Part shown: one piece after another, positions 25,907 through 38,020 of the stretch | Layout: the number at the start of each line of letters is the position of its first letter | Position numbering within the stretch: the first letter of the stretch is position 1 | Assembly (NCBI GenBank): GCA_036275915.1 | Contig: DASUCV010000004.1 | Location: 201,238-265,237 of the forward strand | Direction: 5' to 3' | Source: Candidatus Polarisedimenticolaceae bacterium | GTDB lineage: Bacteria > Acidobacteriota > Polarisedimenticolia > Polarisedimenticolales > DASRJG01 | DNA: 64,000 nucleotides | Notes under the pieces: generated by a model | The model's input: only the letters and a program-made list of their open reading frames with translations | Database searches by the model: none | Told to the model about the DNA's origin: nothing | Position numbers and translations under genes: made by a program

Positions 25907-28822
25907 CGCGCCTCCGTTCGACGCGAAAGGTAGTCCGCCCCAGACAAGGAACTGTGAACCGCTCCAAGCCGCGACGTGGTTGGTGCGCGGGCTCGGCGCA
26001 CCTTGCGACGTGGTCGTCCGCCATGTGTCGGAAGACGGGTTGTACCGGCCCCCGGTTGCTACGCTGCGCTGGTTCGACTGAGCATCGCGGTAGTCACCGC
26101 CCCAAACGATGAGCTCGACGCCGGTCCACGCATACGACGGGGACTCCACACCACGCGGCGCGCCCACGTTCGAGCCGGTGGTCCAAACATCCGACGTCGG
26201 GTTGTACCGCGACGGAAAGTTCGGCAATGGCTCGGGGTTCCAAAATCCGCCCCAGACGACTAGCTCGCTTCCCGTCCACACCCCGGCCAAGCTCGATCGT
26301 TGCTGAGGCTCTCCCACGGTCGAAATTCCCAGCCAAGAGTCCGAAGCGGGATCGTACCGGCCGCCAGGGCTGACTCCGCCCCCGCCCCAGACCAGCATGC
26401 GCGAGCCGGTCCATACGGCGATGTGCCCGCCGCGCCCCGCCGGTGCCCCGGTGGTGGTCGTCGGCACCCAGCTATTCGCGACGGGGTCGTACTTTCCCCC
26501 GGTGTTGAATTGGTTCCCCGAGTCGCCGCCGCCCCACACGATCATCTGCAAACCGGTCCAGACGGCAGAGGCACCCGATCGAGGGGCCGGAGCGTTCACC
26601 GTTGAGGTCGCCGACCATGCATTGCCGGCCGGGTCGTACTGCCCGCCGGTATTCGTGGTGGGAAGGCCACCCCAAACGACCATGCGAGTACCGGTCCAGA
26701 CCGCCGTGTGACTCGTGCGTGCGCTCGGCGCGTTGACGAGAGAGGTCGGCGTCCACGTGTCGATCGCCGGCGAGTACCGTGCACCGGAGGCCGTAGGCGT
26801 GGCGTCGGGCACGACGCCGCCGCCCCACATGATCATCTCGCTTCCGGTCCACACCGACGCCGTGAACCGGACGGGAGCGGGTAGCGTTCCGGTACCTGTC
26901 TTGATCCAGGTATCGGTGACCGGGTTGTACCGTCCACCGGTGTTCAAGTAGCCGCCGCCCCACACGATCATCTCGCTGCCGGACCAGATCGCCGTGGCGT
27001 TCCCGCGGGCGTCGGGAGTGTTAACCGACGACACGCTGCTCCAGAGATCGGTTACGGGGTCGTAGCGCGCGCTCCCCAACGAAGGATGGCTCCCATCCCA
27101 GACAATCATCCGCTGACCGGTCCAGACAGCCACTTCTCCTGACTCGACGGCGGCGGAATTGAGAGTGCTCATGATCTGCCAGCTATCGGCGGACGGGTCG
27201 TAGCGATAACCGGGGTTGGTCGGCGCGCCGAAGATGTTTCCGGCCCAGACGATCATGCGCGTCCCGGCCCAGACCGCGAGATGCTGGTAGCGCGAGCCGG
27301 GGCCCCCGGTCGTGGTGGTCGGTGTCCACGTGTCGGTCACCGGATCGTAGCGTCCGCCGGTGTTCGTGGCGCCGCCGCCGCCGTAACCGCCCCACACGAT
27401 CATCCGGTTGATGCCGTCGCCGGCCCACAGCGCCGTATGGAGGTATCGGCCCGCCGGCGCGCTCGTGAGGCTCGTGGGCGTCCAGGAGTCGGTCGACGGC
27501 GAGTAGCGGCCTCCCGTATTCAGGAACGCGCTCGTAGACCCTCCCCACACGACCATCTGCGTCCCCGTCCACACGGCGGTGGCGAAACCTCGCGGAGAGG
27601 GCGCGCCCGTCGAGGCGATGAGCTGCCACGTGTCCGAGGTCGGGTTGTATCGCGCGCCGTCGCCCAACGCCGCTTGCGTCACGTCCTGTCCGCCCCAGAC
27701 GATGAGCTCGGAGCCGCTCCACACGCCGACGTGCAGGTAGCGAGCGGACAGCGGCGAAGTCGCCATGCGCGTCCAGGCATCGGTCGCCGGGGAGTACCGC
27801 CAGCCGTCGCCCAACATGTAGAAAACACTGAGGTCGCGCCGGCCTCCCCAGATCAGCATCTCGCTGCCGGTCCAGACCGCGACGTGATCCTGGCGGGGAT
27901 CGGGAACGTCTTGCTTCGTCGGGGTCCACGTGTCGTCGGTACAGCTCGAGGCGGCGGGCGCGGGAACGGTGAGCGATGTCACCGCGGGCACCGTCGTCGG
28001 CGCGGCGAATGTGCCGGCGTTCGCACCCCACCATGCGTCGAACGTCTTCCGGTCCCACATGACCGACGCGACGCGGATCTCGTCGGCGCTCGCGCTCAGC
28101 ACGGCGATCGCCTCGAATCCGTTCTCGGACTCGCGCGCCGGTCCGATGCGGCCGACCGGCAGCGCGGATCCCGACTCGACGCCGAGCTGTCCGGCGAGTC
28201 CGGTCATCAGAGCTCTCCAGCGTTCGTCGTCGAGCGATGTCGGCACGGACGCATCGGCGGCATGCGTCCAGGTGGTCTCGGTGTAGTGTTCTCCCGCAGC
28301 GCGCATCGCCTCGACCGACACGAGCCCCGCGTAGAGTCGATTCACACGCCGACGGTCGTCGCCACCGAACCGGTCATCCTGATCGTAGAGATACCGCACC
28401 GCTCGATCGACGAGGATTGGCCGGACGAGGCATTCGCCGATGAGCGCCGGATCGTCGTGCAGCGCCACGAACAACTCGCGGAGCATCGCCCCGTCGCGGG
28501 TCTCGCTCGCCATCCGATTCAGCTCGAATTGGATCTCGGCGGCGGAGATCGATCGGCCCCACAGATTCTCCAGCGCCGACGCTTTCCGAAGATCGTCCTC
28601 GACCCTCGCGCGGATGACGGAGTCGGGCGTGACTTCCGACAAAGGCGGTTTGGTGCCAGGGTTCTCCTTGGGCCAGATGCGGTGCGACCAATACACCTGC
28701 TCGATCGCCTTCTGAGCGGTCACCCGCTCGTCGAGCGTGAGTGTGCGGGTACCTCCCGCGCGAGCGAGAGTCGCCGCGGTCATGGCGAAGCCGATCGTCA
28801 CCACGATGCACCGCTTCGTCAT
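24743..28822 (-). CDS. Giant secreted Kelch/MopE/TSP3 paralog A (1359 aa)
   Basis: ATG 28822 ([22 protein letters not shown]). N-domain ...[18 protein letters not shown].... 14 WTG..M.VWGG blades. 3 MopE-like [23 protein letters not shown] units. 5 DxDxDG TSP3-type units. Ends [11 protein letters not shown]. The extra 37 codons of ORF ..28933 overlap gene B and were rejected. Confidence 0.9.
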   Translation of the reverse strand: MTKRCIVVTIGFAMTAATLARAGGTRTLTLDERVTAQKAIEQVYWSHRIWPKENPGTKPPLSEVTPDSVIRARVEDDLRKASALENLWGRSISAAEIQFELNRMASETRDGAMLRELFVALHDDPALIGECLVRPILVDRAVRYLYDQDDRFGGDDRRRVNRLYAGLVSVEAMRAAGEHYTETTWTHAADASVPTSLDDERWRALMTGLAGQLGVESGSALPVGRIGPARESENGFEAIAVLSASADEIRVASVMWDRKTFDAWWGANAGTFAAPTTVPAVTSLTVPAPAASSCTDDTWTPTKQDVPDPRQDHVAVWTGSEMLIWGGRRDLSVFYMLGDGWRYSPATDAWTRMATSPLSARYLHVGVWSGSELIVWGGQDVTQAALGDGARYNPTSDTWQLIASTGAPSPRGFATAVWTGTQMVVWGGSTSAFLNTGGRYSPSTDSWTPTSLTSAPAGRYLHTALWAGDGINRMIVWGGYGGGGATNTGGRYDPVTDTWTPTTTTGGPGSRYQHLAVWAGTRMIVWAGNIFGAPTNPGYRYDPSADSWQIMSTLNSAAVESGEVAVWTGQRMIVWDGSHPSLGSARYDPVTDLWSSVSSVNTPDARGNATAIWSGSEMIVWGGGYLNTGGRYNPVTDTWIKTGTGTLPAPVRFTASVWTGSEMIMWGGGVVPDATPTASGARYSPAIDTWTPTSLVNAPSARTSHTAVWTGTRMVVWGGLPTTNTGGQYDPAGNAWSATSTVNAPAPRSGASAVWTGLQMIVWGGGDSGNQFNTGGKYDPVANSWVPTTTTGAPAGRGGHIAVWTGSRMLVWGGGGVSPGGRYDPASDSWLGISTVGEPQQRSSLAGVWTGSELVVWGGFWNPEPLPNFPSRYNPTSDVWTTGSNVGAPRGVESPSYAWTGVELIVWGGDYRDAQSNQRSVATGGRYNPSSDTWRTTTSQGAPSPRTNHVAAWSGSQFLVWGGLPFASNGGAYCACATVATFYRDVDGDGYGDATKPATGCAGIPPAGYVAAGTDCNDNDPTVYPGAPQLCDGKNNNCFDPSWPTVPANEANADGDAFRICQGDCNDNDPTIYPGAPQLCDGKNNNCSDPNWPAVPANEADADGDGYRICANDCNDANPAIHPGAVEVCNGIDDDCNGLVDDNALGVDTDGDGIHNACDNCPTVANPTQTDTDGDHVGNVCDNCPTVSNPSQADADGDAIGDACDNCPHASNPSQIDTDGDKVGDNCDNCAFDFNPSQSDFDQDGEGDVCDLNDGLIYIFGTDDKSYVEWQQESGPSAFNVYTGDLSVLRLSGTYTQAPGSNPLASKSCGVTDPFSLDTIVPGSAQVEFSLVTGVTGGVEGSLGTDSAGTPRPNANPCP

Positions 28823-28832
28823 CACCCACCCC

Positions 28833-30150
28833 CTACGGACACGGGTTCGTATTCGCCCTCGGCGTCCCCGCGCTGTCCGTCCCCAGCGATCCCTCGACAC
28901 CGCCGGTGACGCCGGTGACGAGACTGAACTCAACTTGGCTACTGCCCGGCACGATCGTATCGAGCGAGAACGGGTCGGTGACTTGGCAGGCCCTCGACGC
29001 CAGCGGATTCGATCCCGGCGCCTGTGTGTATGTGCCGGACAAGCGGAGCACGGAGAGATCGCCGGTGTAGACGTTGAACGCGGTCGGACCCGTCTCCTGC
29101 TGCCACTCGACGTAGCTCTTGTCGTCGGTGCCGAAGATGTAGATCAGCCCGTCGTTGACGTCGCAGGCGTCCCCTTCGCCGTCGTGGTCGAAGTCGGATT
29201 GCGTCGGGTTGTAGTCGACCGGGCAGTTGTCGCACTGGTCGCCGATCTTGTCGCCGTCGCCATCGGCCTGAGCCGCGTTTGGTGCCAACGGGCAGTTGTC
29301 ACAGGCGTCGCCCAGCCCATCGCCGTCGGAGTCGAGCTGGCTCGCGTTCGCGACCGTGACGCAGTTGTCGCAAGCGTTCCCCACGTGGTCGCCATCACTG
29401 TCGGTCTGCGTCGCGTTCGAGACCGTCGGGCAGTTGTCGCAGGCGTTGTGGATGCCGTCGCCGTCGGTGTCGACACCTTGCGCATTCTCGTCGACTTGTC
29501 CGTTGCAGTTGTCGTCGATCCCGTTGCAGATCTCCGCCGCACCGGGGTGAACGGCCGGGTTCGCGTCGTTGCAATCGTTGGCGCAGATGCGGTAGCCGTC
29601 GCCGTCCGCATCGGCTTCGTTCGCGGGGACCGTCGGCCAGGACGGATCGTTGCAGTTGTTGTTCTTGCCGTCGCAGAGCTGCGGCGCGTTCGGGTACACG
29701 GTTGCGTCGCCGTCGTTGCAATCGCCCTGGCAGACGCGGAATCCGTCGTGGTCGGCGTCCAGCTCGCTTGGCGGAAGGGCCGGCCAGCCCGGCGACGAGC
29801 AGTTGTTGTTCAGCCCGTCGCAGATCTCCGGAGCCCCGGGGTAGACCTTGTTGTTGTTGTCGTTGCAGTCGCCGCCGCACGTGGTGAAGCCGTCATTGTC
29901 GACGTCGAACCCCTCGTCGATCTTTCCGTCGCAATTGTCGTCGATGCCGTTGCAGACCTCCGTCGCGTTCGGGTGGACCGCAGGATCGGCGTCGTTGCAG
30001 TCCCCGCGACTGCGAGAATAACCAGCCGGCTTGTCGCAGGCCTGGACCGTATCGCTCGCCACGCCGTACCCGTCCCCGTCGACGTCGCGGTACCACGTCG
30101 CCGGGGTGCACGGGGTCGTGCAGTAGCGCGCCCCGTTCGAATTCAGCGGC
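28833..30150 (-). repeat. Conserved 3' module of paralog B, copy 2 of 4
   Basis: Same as copy 1. Contains one additional MopE-like unit that is shared with D. The inner boundary is approximate. Confidence 0.65.
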
Positions 30151-32669
30151 ACTCCGGCGAAGACCAGCATCTGCCGGTCCATGCGCACCGCGCCATGCAT
30201 GGCGCGCGGGTACGGTGCGCCGGTGATCGACGTCGTCGACCACGTGTTCGCCACCGGATTGAATCGAGCGCCGGTCGCCGTGGAAGTGTTGCCGCTCACG
30301 GGAGTGTCCTGGCCTCCCCACACGATCGCCTCAGTGCCGGTCCACACGATCGAGTGATCGAACCGCTCCGACGGAGTGCCGGCGCCGGTGGAGCTTGCGG
30401 TCCACGCGTCGCCCGCGGGATCGTAGAGGCCGCCGGTGTTCAATCCCGGCCCGCCCTGAACGGCGCGTCCGCCCCAAACGAACAGATTCGAGCCGGTCCA
30501 GACGCCTTCCGGGATGCTGCGTGGCGCCGGGGCGTTGACGGTGGATACCGCCATCCATGCGTCGCCGACCGGGTCGTAGCTGCCGCCCGTATTGGTGTCC
30601 GAACCGCCCCAGATCAGCATGCGTGACCCGGTCCAGACCGCCACGTGGTCCGAACGTCCCGAAGGAAGCGGTCCGGTAGTGCTCGTCGGGCTCCAGGTGT
30701 CGGCAACCGGATCGTAGCGTGCGCCGGTGTTGAGATTGTTTCCGCCCCACACCACGACGCGGGCACCGGTCCAGACCGTGGACGATCCCGTGCGATTCGA
30801 TGGGGCGCCCGCGGTCGCGACCGGACGCCATAGATTCGCCTGCGGATCGAACCGGGAGAATCCCTCGTTGCCTCCGCCGACAAACATCTCGATCCCGGTC
30901 CAGACGGGGTGACCGCCCAATGCGTTGGGGAGCGGCGTCCAGCTATCGAGAGCAGGGTCGTATTTCGATCCGTGAAGTATGGGGTTAGGGTTCGTCGGCG
31001 CGTCCCCACCTTGGACGATCGCCTCCGCTCCCGTCCAGATGATCCCCGGGTTGCGCCGGACCGACGCCACCGAAGCGGGCGCCGCAGTAGCGACCCAGAT
31101 GTTGGTCGTCGGGTTGTAACGTCCGCCCGTCCTGAGGCTGCTGTCGCCGCTCGAAACCTGCCCGCCCCAGACGATGACTTCGCTTCCGCTCCAGACCGCG
31201 GTGCTTCCCAAGCGAGGACTCGGCGCCCCCGTTAGGGACGTCGCGGTCCAAGAATCGGACACCGGATCGTACAAACCGCCGGCGGAGCTGACATTGCTTC
31301 CGAAGACGAACATCTTCGATCCGGTCCAGACGGCGACGTCTCCTCCGAACGCGCCTGCCGTGGAGACCGGCGCCCACGCATCGTTCACCGCGTCGTAGCG
31401 ACTTCCGCACACGATCATGCGTGTTCCCGTCCAGACGGGGTGTGCCACTGAGCATCCCGTGGGTCCGGCGGCCATCGTTTGCCACGTGTTCGTGGCCGGA
31501 TCGTAACGACCTCCTGAGTTCAGCGTGGCTCCAAGCTCGGAGCCGCCATAAATCAGCATCCGCTGACCCGTCCAAACCGCGGCATGACCCTGTCGCGGGA
31601 GCGGCACGTTGATCGTCTCGAAATCGGTCGCCGTCCACGTGTCGGTCGATGGGTTGTACTTCGCGCCGGTGTTCGTCTCCCCAGCAGACGCCACCCCGCC
31701 CCAGATGACCATCTCCGTACCGGTCCATACGGCAGTGTGTTTGTAACGGGCGGAGGGGGCCGCACCGGACGTCGAAGTCGGCGTCCAGCTGTCGGTCGCA
31801 GGGTTGTAGCGGGATCCGGTGTTGGTGAGGGATATCGAGAACGGGCTCGCACCGGCCCCGCCCCACACGATCATCGAGGTTCCTGTCCAGACCGCCGTCG
31901 TCCCATAGCGCCCCGGGCCACCGGACAAGCTCATCGTCGTCCACGTGTCGGTCGCGGGGTTGTAGCGAAATCCATCGGGCGCATAGACGTTGTCGCTCTG
32001 GCCGCCCCACACGAGCATTTCGGTTCCGGTCCACACGGCCACGTGGTTCGCGCGCGGCTCCGGCGGATCCGCCTTGAGCGTCTGCCACGTCCCGTCCGTG
32101 CAAGCCGGCGTGTCGATGTCGGGAGGCCGCAGCTCTCCGAGCGCTTCGGGAGCGACCGGGTCGAAGGACCGTTTCGCGTCGGCCCACCAAGCCTCGAACG
32201 GCACCTTCCCGGTAGACGGCAGGTCGACGTCGTACCAGTTACGCATGAGGCGTTCGGCCAGGACAGGCCGCACAACGACTTCGGCGAAGACGTTCAGGTC
32301 CCCTCCAAGGGCGTCGATGAGCTCTTGGAGCATCGATGGATCCTTCGTGTTGTGACCCATTCGATCGATCTCGGCTTGGAGCTGCGTCGTGTCGAGCCCT
32401 CGCATCCAATACCTGTCCAGAGCGGCGTTCTTCCTCAGAGCTTCCTGGACGTCCGCGCGGATCGCCTCGTCGGAGAGCACCGCGGAGAGTGGCGGCTTCG
32501 GGGCGGGGTTCTCGTTGGGCCAAATCCTGTGGCGCCAGTACACCTCTTCGACGGCCCGCCGCGCCGCGACTCGCTCATCGAGACTCAGCGATCGCGTTGG
32601 CCCGGCGGCGGACGCCGCAAACGAGATGACGGCCCCGACCCCGATTGCGATCGCCATGCGCGTTTTCAT
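28833..32669 (-). CDS. Giant secreted Kelch/MopE/TSP3 paralog B (1278 aa)
   Basis: Signal [39 protein letters not shown]. 14 blades. An extra ...[26 protein letters not shown]... unit. Ends [11 protein letters not shown]. Lies 10 nt upstream of A. Confidence 0.9.
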   Translation of the reverse strand: MKTRMAIAIGVGAVISFAASAAGPTRSLSLDERVAARRAVEEVYWRHRIWPNENPAPKPPLSAVLSDEAIRADVQEALRKNAALDRYWMRGLDTTQLQAEIDRMGHNTKDPSMLQELIDALGGDLNVFAEVVVRPVLAERLMRNWYDVDLPSTGKVPFEAWWADAKRSFDPVAPEALGELRPPDIDTPACTDGTWQTLKADPPEPRANHVAVWTGTEMLVWGGQSDNVYAPDGFRYNPATDTWTTMSLSGGPGRYGTTAVWTGTSMIVWGGAGASPFSISLTNTGSRYNPATDSWTPTSTSGAAPSARYKHTAVWTGTEMVIWGGVASAGETNTGAKYNPSTDTWTATDFETINVPLPRQGHAAVWTGQRMLIYGGSELGATLNSGGRYDPATNTWQTMAAGPTGCSVAHPVWTGTRMIVCGSRYDAVNDAWAPVSTAGAFGGDVAVWTGSKMFVFGSNVSSAGGLYDPVSDSWTATSLTGAPSPRLGSTAVWSGSEVIVWGGQVSSGDSSLRTGGRYNPTTNIWVATAAPASVASVRRNPGIIWTGAEAIVQGGDAPTNPNPILHGSKYDPALDSWTPLPNALGGHPVWTGIEMFVGGGNEGFSRFDPQANLWRPVATAGAPSNRTGSSTVWTGARVVVWGGNNLNTGARYDPVADTWSPTSTTGPLPSGRSDHVAVWTGSRMLIWGGSDTNTGGSYDPVGDAWMAVSTVNAPAPRSIPEGVWTGSNLFVWGGRAVQGGPGLNTGGLYDPAGDAWTASSTGAGTPSERFDHSIVWTGTEAIVWGGQDTPVSGNTSTATGARFNPVANTWSTTSITGAPYPRAMHGAVRMDRQMLVFAGVPLNSNGARYCTTPCTPATWYRDVDGDGYGVASDTVQACDKPAGYSRSRGDCNDADPAVHPNATEVCNGIDDNCDGKIDEGFDVDNDGFTTCGGDCNDNNNKVYPGAPEICDGLNNNCSSPGWPALPPSELDADHDGFRVCQGDCNDGDATVYPNAPQLCDGKNNNCNDPSWPTVPANEADADGDGYRICANDCNDANPAVHPGAAEICNGIDDNCNGQVDENAQGVDTDGDGIHNACDNCPTVSNATQTDSDGDHVGNACDNCVTVANASQLDSDGDGLGDACDNCPLAPNAAQADGDGDKIGDQCDNCPVDYNPTQSDFDHDGEGDACDVNDGLIYIFGTDDKSYVEWQQETGPTAFNVYTGDLSVLRLSGTYTQAPGSNPLASRACQVTDPFSLDTIVPGSSQVEFSLVTGVTGGVEGSLGTDSAGTPRANTNPCP

Positions 32670-32688
32670 CGTCGGCCTCCAGCGACAC

Positions 32689-33855
32689 TCAAGGACACGG
32701 ATTCGCGTTCGGCCTCGGCGTCCCCGCGCTGTTCGTTCCCAGCGATCCCTCGATACCGCCAGTCACGCCGGTGACGAGGCTGAACTCCACCTGTGCGCTC
32801 CCCGGCACGATCGTGTCGAGCGAGAACGGGTCGGTGACCTGGCAGGCTCTCGACGCGAGCGGATTCGACCCCGGCGCCTGCGTGTACGTTCCGCTCAGTC
32901 TCAGGACCGAGAGATCGCCGGTGTACACGTTGAACGCCGACGGCCCCGTCTCCTGCTGCCACTCGACGTACGTCTTGTCGTCGGTGCCGAAGATGTAGAT
33001 CAGGCCGTCGTTGACGTCGCAGACGTCGCCTTCGCCGTCGTGGTCGAAGTCGGATTGCGTCGGGTTGTAGTCGGAGAGGCAGTTGTCGCAGGCGTCCCCG
33101 ACCCTGTCGGCATCCGTATCGAGCTGCGAGACGTTCGGCGCCAACGGACAGTTGTCGCACGCGTCGCCGATCGTGTCGGCATCGGTGTCGGTTTGGCTCG
33201 GGTTGGCGATCGACGGGCAGTTGTCGCAGGCGTTCCCCAGGTGATCGCCGTCCGTGTCGGTCTGGGTCGCGTTCGAGACCGTCGGGCAGTTGTCGCAGGC
33301 GTTGTGAATACCGTCGCCGTCGGTATCGACGCCGAGCGCGTCCTCGTCGACCTGACCGTTGCAGTTGTCGTCAATGCCGTTGCAGATCTCGGCGGCGCCG
33401 GGATGGATGGCAGGATTCGAATCGTTGCAGTCGTTCTGGCAGATGCGGTAGCCGTCGCCGTCGGCGTCGGCTTCGTTCGCCGGCACCGCCGGCCATGACG
33501 GATCCGAGCAGTTGTTGTTCTTCCCGTCGCAGAGCTGCGGGGCGCCCGGGTACACCGTTGCGTCGTTGTCGTTGCAATCGCCCTGGCAGATACGGAAGGC
33601 GTCACCGTCGGCGTTGGCTTCGTTCGCCGGCACTGTCGGCCAGCTCGGATCCGAGCAATTGTTGTTCTTGCCGTCGCAGAGCTGCGGCGCCCCCGGGTAG
33701 ACCGTCGGGTCGTTGTCGTTGCAGTCGCCTGCCGTCGCCGCGTACCCGGCCGGCGGGATTCCGGTACAACCCATCGCGGTCGTCGAGGCGACGCCGAACC
33801 CGTCGCCGTCGGCGTCGCGGTAGAACGTCGCCGGCGTCGTGCAGGCGCAGTACCG
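32689..33855 (-). repeat. Conserved 3' module of paralog C, copy 3 of 4
   Basis: Aligns by eye with 24743-25906 over more than 1 kb, with most positions identical. The inner boundary is approximate. Confidence 0.7.
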
Positions 33856-36690
33856 ACCGCCGTTGGACAGGTTGGCCCCGCTCCAGACGATCATCTCGGA
33901 GCCGGTCCAAACAGAATTCGCGAATTCACGACCTGAGGGCGCCCCTTGAGTGGTGCCGGTTCGCCACGAATCGGCCGACGGGTTGTAGCGCCACGTCGTG
34001 TTCGTGAAGATGTATCCGCTGAACGTCAGCATTTCGATCCCGGACCAAGCGCTTGCCGCTACCTTGTTGCCCGGTGAGCCAGTGGTCGAGACCGGGTGCC
34101 AAACGTCGGCGACCGGGTCGTATCGGCCGCCTCCTAGGCGCCCCCAGACGATCATCTCGGTCCCGCTCCAAACCGACGTCATCCCGTCCTGCCACGACGG
34201 CTGGTTCGCCGTCGCGATCGCCGTCCAGACGTCCGCGACCGGATCGTAGCTACCTCCCGAAGTCGTCCCGGACTGATTGCCTCCCCAGGTCACCATGCGT
34301 GAGCCTGTCCAGACACCGACTGCATCACGTCGAACTTGCGGAGCTCCGTTGAGATTGGTCGCGGCCCACGTATCGGCCACGGGATCGTATCGAGCGCCGG
34401 AATTGAGGAGCCCGCCTCCCGACGCATAGCCCGACCAAACGATCATCCGCGTTCCGCTCCAGACGGCGACGTGTTCCTGGCGGCTCGCGGGCGCGTTCGT
34501 CAGCGACGTCGCGGTCCATGAGTTGGTCGCGGGGTCGTAGCGTCCACCGGTGTTCGTGACGGTCGATCCTGGAGCAGAGCCTCCCCAGACGATCATCCTC
34601 GTGCCGCTCCACACCGCGGTATGTAGATCACGAGCGGCCGGCGCGTTGGTCGACGACGTGGGGGTCCACGCGTCGAGTGCCGGCGAGTAGCGGGATCCCG
34701 AGGCCAACAGCCCCGTGATGTCAGATCCGCCCCAAACCACCATCTCGGAACCGGTCCACACCGACGTCGAATTGATGCGTGACGTGGGCACGGTCCCGGC
34801 CTGCGTGGCTACCCAACTGTCGGTCGCCGGGTTGTACCTGCCGCCATCGTTCCTGGAGGCGGAGGCATTTCCCCCCCATACGACCATCTCCGTCCCGGTC
34901 CACACCGCGGTATGAGAGTGGCGCGCGGCCGGCGCGTTCGTCAGCGAAGTCGCACTCCAAGTGTCGGCGACGGGATCGTACCGCCCCCCCGCGTTCGTGT
35001 TCGCCCCGCCCGGCGGCAATCCGCCCCAGACGATCATCCTGGACCCGGTCCACAACGCGCTATGCAAGTACGTGACCGTCGGCTGGTTGGTCGTCGAGAT
35101 CGGTTGAAAGGTATTGGTCGCCGGGTCGTAGCGCTGACCCGGAGCGTTGGCGGCGCTGAGCAAGCCACCCCAGAGGATCATTCTCGAGCCTGTCCAGACG
35201 GCGGAGTGCGAGTAGTTGGCGGGCGGCGCGCTGTTCAGGTCGGTCGCCGTCCAACTGTCGCTCGCCGGGTTATAACGACCTCCAGTATTCGTCGGGGGGT
35301 AGCCGCCCCACACGATCATCTCGGAACCGGTCCAGACGGCCGTGTGGAGATAGCGTGCTACCGGCGCATTGGTGAGAGTCGTCGCCGCCCATGAGTCGGT
35401 CGCTGGCGCGTATCGTCCGCCGCTGTTGAAGAAGCCTGCGCCGTTGCCCCCCCAAACGATCATCTGGCTTCCCGTCCAAACGGCCGAAGGGTTTCCACGC
35501 AAAGCCGGCGCACCGGTCGCCGAGATCGAATTCCAGGTATCCGAAGCCGGGTTGTACCTGCCGCCACCGCTGATCGTGTTGCTCTGATTGTCCATCCCGC
35601 CCCAGACGATCAACTCGGTACCGGTCCACACGAAAGCGAACTGGCCACGAGCGGCGGGCGCACCGGTCCGGGCGATGCGCGTCCAGGTATTGCTGGCGGG
35701 CGAGTATCGCCATCCGTCGTTCCAAACGCGGTTCTCGCTCTCGCCGCCCCAGATCAGCATCTCGCTCCCGGTCCAGACCGCGGCGTGGTAGTAGCGCGAG
35801 TCGGGAACGTCCTGCTTCGTCGGTTGCCATGTGTCGTCCGTGCATCCCGCGTCCGGCAGCGCGAGCACGAGTCCGGTCGTGGCGACGGCAGAGGAGTCTG
35901 CCGAGAGCGTGCCTGACGTCCGCTCCCACCAGAGGTCGAACGGCGTGCGGTCCCAGACGATCGAAACGAACCGTATCTCGTCCGGAGAAGCTTTCTCGAG
36001 TCGAATCGCATCGAACCCCGTCGAGGATTCCCGCAGAGGGCTGAGGCGGCCGAGAGGAAGCTTCGTCGGATCGCTCGTTGGTTCCGGCATCCCGAAGCGC
36101 GCACCGAGGCGCTGAACATCGCTCGCCCACTCGTCGTCACGACGATCGCTCCGCCGCCAGGTCAGCGTCTCGACGTGGTCGCCCGAGGGCCGCTGACCAT
36201 TCCACAAGCGCTCGGCGCGGGCGCGGTCGGCGCCTCCATATCGCTCATCAGAGTCGTAGAGGTGTCGTGTCATGCGATCAGCCAAGATGGGACGGACCAA
36301 GCATTCGGCCACCAAGACCGGGTCGTCGCGCAGGGCCGCGATGAGCTCCCTGAGCATGTTCCCGTCTCGTGTCTCGGCCGCGATCCGATTCATCTCAGCT
36401 TGAACTTCTTCCGGAGAGATCGATCGTCCCCAGATCGTCTCCACGGCCCGCGACTTCCGGAGATCATCCTCGACCTTCGCGCGGATCGCGGAGTCGGGCA
36501 TGACTTCCGACAGCGGCGGCTTGGGGCCTGGGTTCTCCTTGGGCCAGATGCGGTGCGACCAGTAGACCTGCTCGATCGCCTTCTGAGCGGCCACGCGCTC
36601 CTCGAGGGTAAGGACGCGCGCTTCCTCCGCGCGAGCGAGAGTCGCCGCCACGGCGACGCCGACCATCACCACGATGCACCGCTTCGTCAT
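32689..36690 (-). CDS. Giant secreted Kelch/MopE/TSP3 paralog C (1333 aa)
   Basis: Signal [21 protein letters not shown], the same start as [19 protein letters not shown]. 14 blades. Ends [11 protein letters not shown]. Lies 19 nt upstream of B. Confidence 0.9.
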   Translation of the reverse strand: MTKRCIVVMVGVAVAATLARAEEARVLTLEERVAAQKAIEQVYWSHRIWPKENPGPKPPLSEVMPDSAIRAKVEDDLRKSRAVETIWGRSISPEEVQAEMNRIAAETRDGNMLRELIAALRDDPVLVAECLVRPILADRMTRHLYDSDERYGGADRARAERLWNGQRPSGDHVETLTWRRSDRRDDEWASDVQRLGARFGMPEPTSDPTKLPLGRLSPLRESSTGFDAIRLEKASPDEIRFVSIVWDRTPFDLWWERTSGTLSADSSAVATTGLVLALPDAGCTDDTWQPTKQDVPDSRYYHAAVWTGSEMLIWGGESENRVWNDGWRYSPASNTWTRIARTGAPAARGQFAFVWTGTELIVWGGMDNQSNTISGGGRYNPASDTWNSISATGAPALRGNPSAVWTGSQMIVWGGNGAGFFNSGGRYAPATDSWAATTLTNAPVARYLHTAVWTGSEMIVWGGYPPTNTGGRYNPASDSWTATDLNSAPPANYSHSAVWTGSRMILWGGLLSAANAPGQRYDPATNTFQPISTTNQPTVTYLHSALWTGSRMIVWGGLPPGGANTNAGGRYDPVADTWSATSLTNAPAARHSHTAVWTGTEMVVWGGNASASRNDGGRYNPATDSWVATQAGTVPTSRINSTSVWTGSEMVVWGGSDITGLLASGSRYSPALDAWTPTSSTNAPAARDLHTAVWSGTRMIVWGGSAPGSTVTNTGGRYDPATNSWTATSLTNAPASRQEHVAVWSGTRMIVWSGYASGGGLLNSGARYDPVADTWAATNLNGAPQVRRDAVGVWTGSRMVTWGGNQSGTTSGGSYDPVADVWTAIATANQPSWQDGMTSVWSGTEMIVWGRLGGGRYDPVADVWHPVSTTGSPGNKVAASAWSGIEMLTFSGYIFTNTTWRYNPSADSWRTGTTQGAPSGREFANSVWTGSEMIVWSGANLSNGGRYCACTTPATFYRDADGDGFGVASTTAMGCTGIPPAGYAATAGDCNDNDPTVYPGAPQLCDGKNNNCSDPSWPTVPANEANADGDAFRICQGDCNDNDATVYPGAPQLCDGKNNNCSDPSWPAVPANEADADGDGYRICQNDCNDSNPAIHPGAAEICNGIDDNCNGQVDEDALGVDTDGDGIHNACDNCPTVSNATQTDTDGDHLGNACDNCPSIANPSQTDTDADTIGDACDNCPLAPNVSQLDTDADRVGDACDNCLSDYNPTQSDFDHDGEGDVCDVNDGLIYIFGTDDKTYVEWQQETGPSAFNVYTGDLSVLRLSGTYTQAPGSNPLASRACQVTDPFSLDTIVPGSAQVEFSLVTGVTGGIEGSLGTNSAGTPRPNANPCP

Positions 36691-36700
36691 CGTCGACCTC

Positions 36701-38020
36701 CTACGGGCAAGGATTCGCGTTCGGCCTCGGCGTCCCCGCGCTGTTCGTTCCCAGCGACCCCTCGACGCCTCCGGTCACTCCCGTGACGAGGCTGAACTCC
36801 ACCTGCCCGCTCCCCGGCACGATCGTGTCGAGCGAGAACTGGTCGGTGACCTGGCAGGCCCTCGACGCGAGCGGATTCGACCCCGGCGCCTGCGTGTACG
36901 TGCCGGACAAGCGGAGCACGGAGAGATCGCCGGTGTAGACGTTGAACGCCGACGGTCCCGTCTCCTGCTGCCACTCGACGTACGTCTTGTCGTCAGTGCC
37001 GAAGATGTAGATCAGGCCGTCGTTGAGGTCGCAGGCGTCGCCCTCGCCGTCGTGGTCGAAGTCGGATTGCGTGGGATTGGGTTCGGCGATGCAGTTGTCG
37101 CAGTTGTCTCCGACTTTGTCGCCGTCGGTGTCGACTTGCGACGGGTTTGGCGCGAGCGGGCAGTTGTCGCACGCGTCGCCGATCGCGTCGCCGTCGACAT
37201 CTGACTGCGAGGCGTTCGAGGTGTTCGGGCAATTGTCACAGGCGTTGCCGACATGATCCCCATCGCTGTCCGTCTGGGTCGGGTTCGAGATCGTCGGACA
37301 GTTGTCGCAGGCGTTGTGCACGCCGTCCCCATCCGTGTCGACTCCCTGCGCGTTCTCGTCGACCTGCCCGTTGCAGTTGTCGTCGATGCCGTTGCAGATC
37401 TCCGCGGCACCAGGATGGACCGCGGGGTTCGAATCATTGCAATCGTTCTGGCAGATCCGATACCCGTCGCCGTCGGCGTCGGCCTCGTTCGCCGGCACCG
37501 TGGGCCACGACGGATCGGAGCAGTTGTTGTTCTTGCCATCGCAGAGCTGCGGCGCGCCCGGATAGACGGTCGCGTCGTTGTCGTTGCAATCGCCCTGACA
37601 GATGCGGAACGCGTCGCCGTCGGCGTTGGCTTCGTTGGCGGGCACCGTGGGCCACGACGGGTCCGAGCAGTCGTTATTCTTGCCGTCGCAGAGCTGCGGC
37701 GCGCCCGGATAGACGGTCGGATCGTTGTCGTTGCAATCTCCCTGGCACGTCGTGAACGCATCGCCATCGACATTGAACCCTTCGTCGATGCGGCCGTCGC
37801 AGTTGTCGTCGATGCCGTTGCAAACCTCGACGGCGCTCGGCTTGATCGCCGGGTTGGCATCGTTGCAGTCGCCGCGCGACGCGACGTAACCGGCGGGCTT
37901 GTCGCACGACGTCGTCGTGACGTTGTCGTCGCCGTAGCCGTCGCCGTCGGCATCGCGGTACCAGGTCGAGAGCGCGCATGTCCCGAGGCAGTAGCGGCCA
38001 CCTCCCGATGTCTGCGGGCT
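36701..38020 (-). repeat. Conserved 3' module of paralog D, copy 4 of 4
   Basis: Same as copy 2. The inner boundary is approximate. Confidence 0.65.

Noticed and set aside
24743-38020. Possible CRISPR array or non-coding tandem repeats suggested by the periodic GACGGCGAC / GTCGTCGCA-like repeats.
   Set aside because: The periodicity is the coding repeat of the TSP3 (DxDxDGxxDxCDNC) and MopE-like units inside long intact ORFs. There is no repeat-spacer structure and there are no cas genes.
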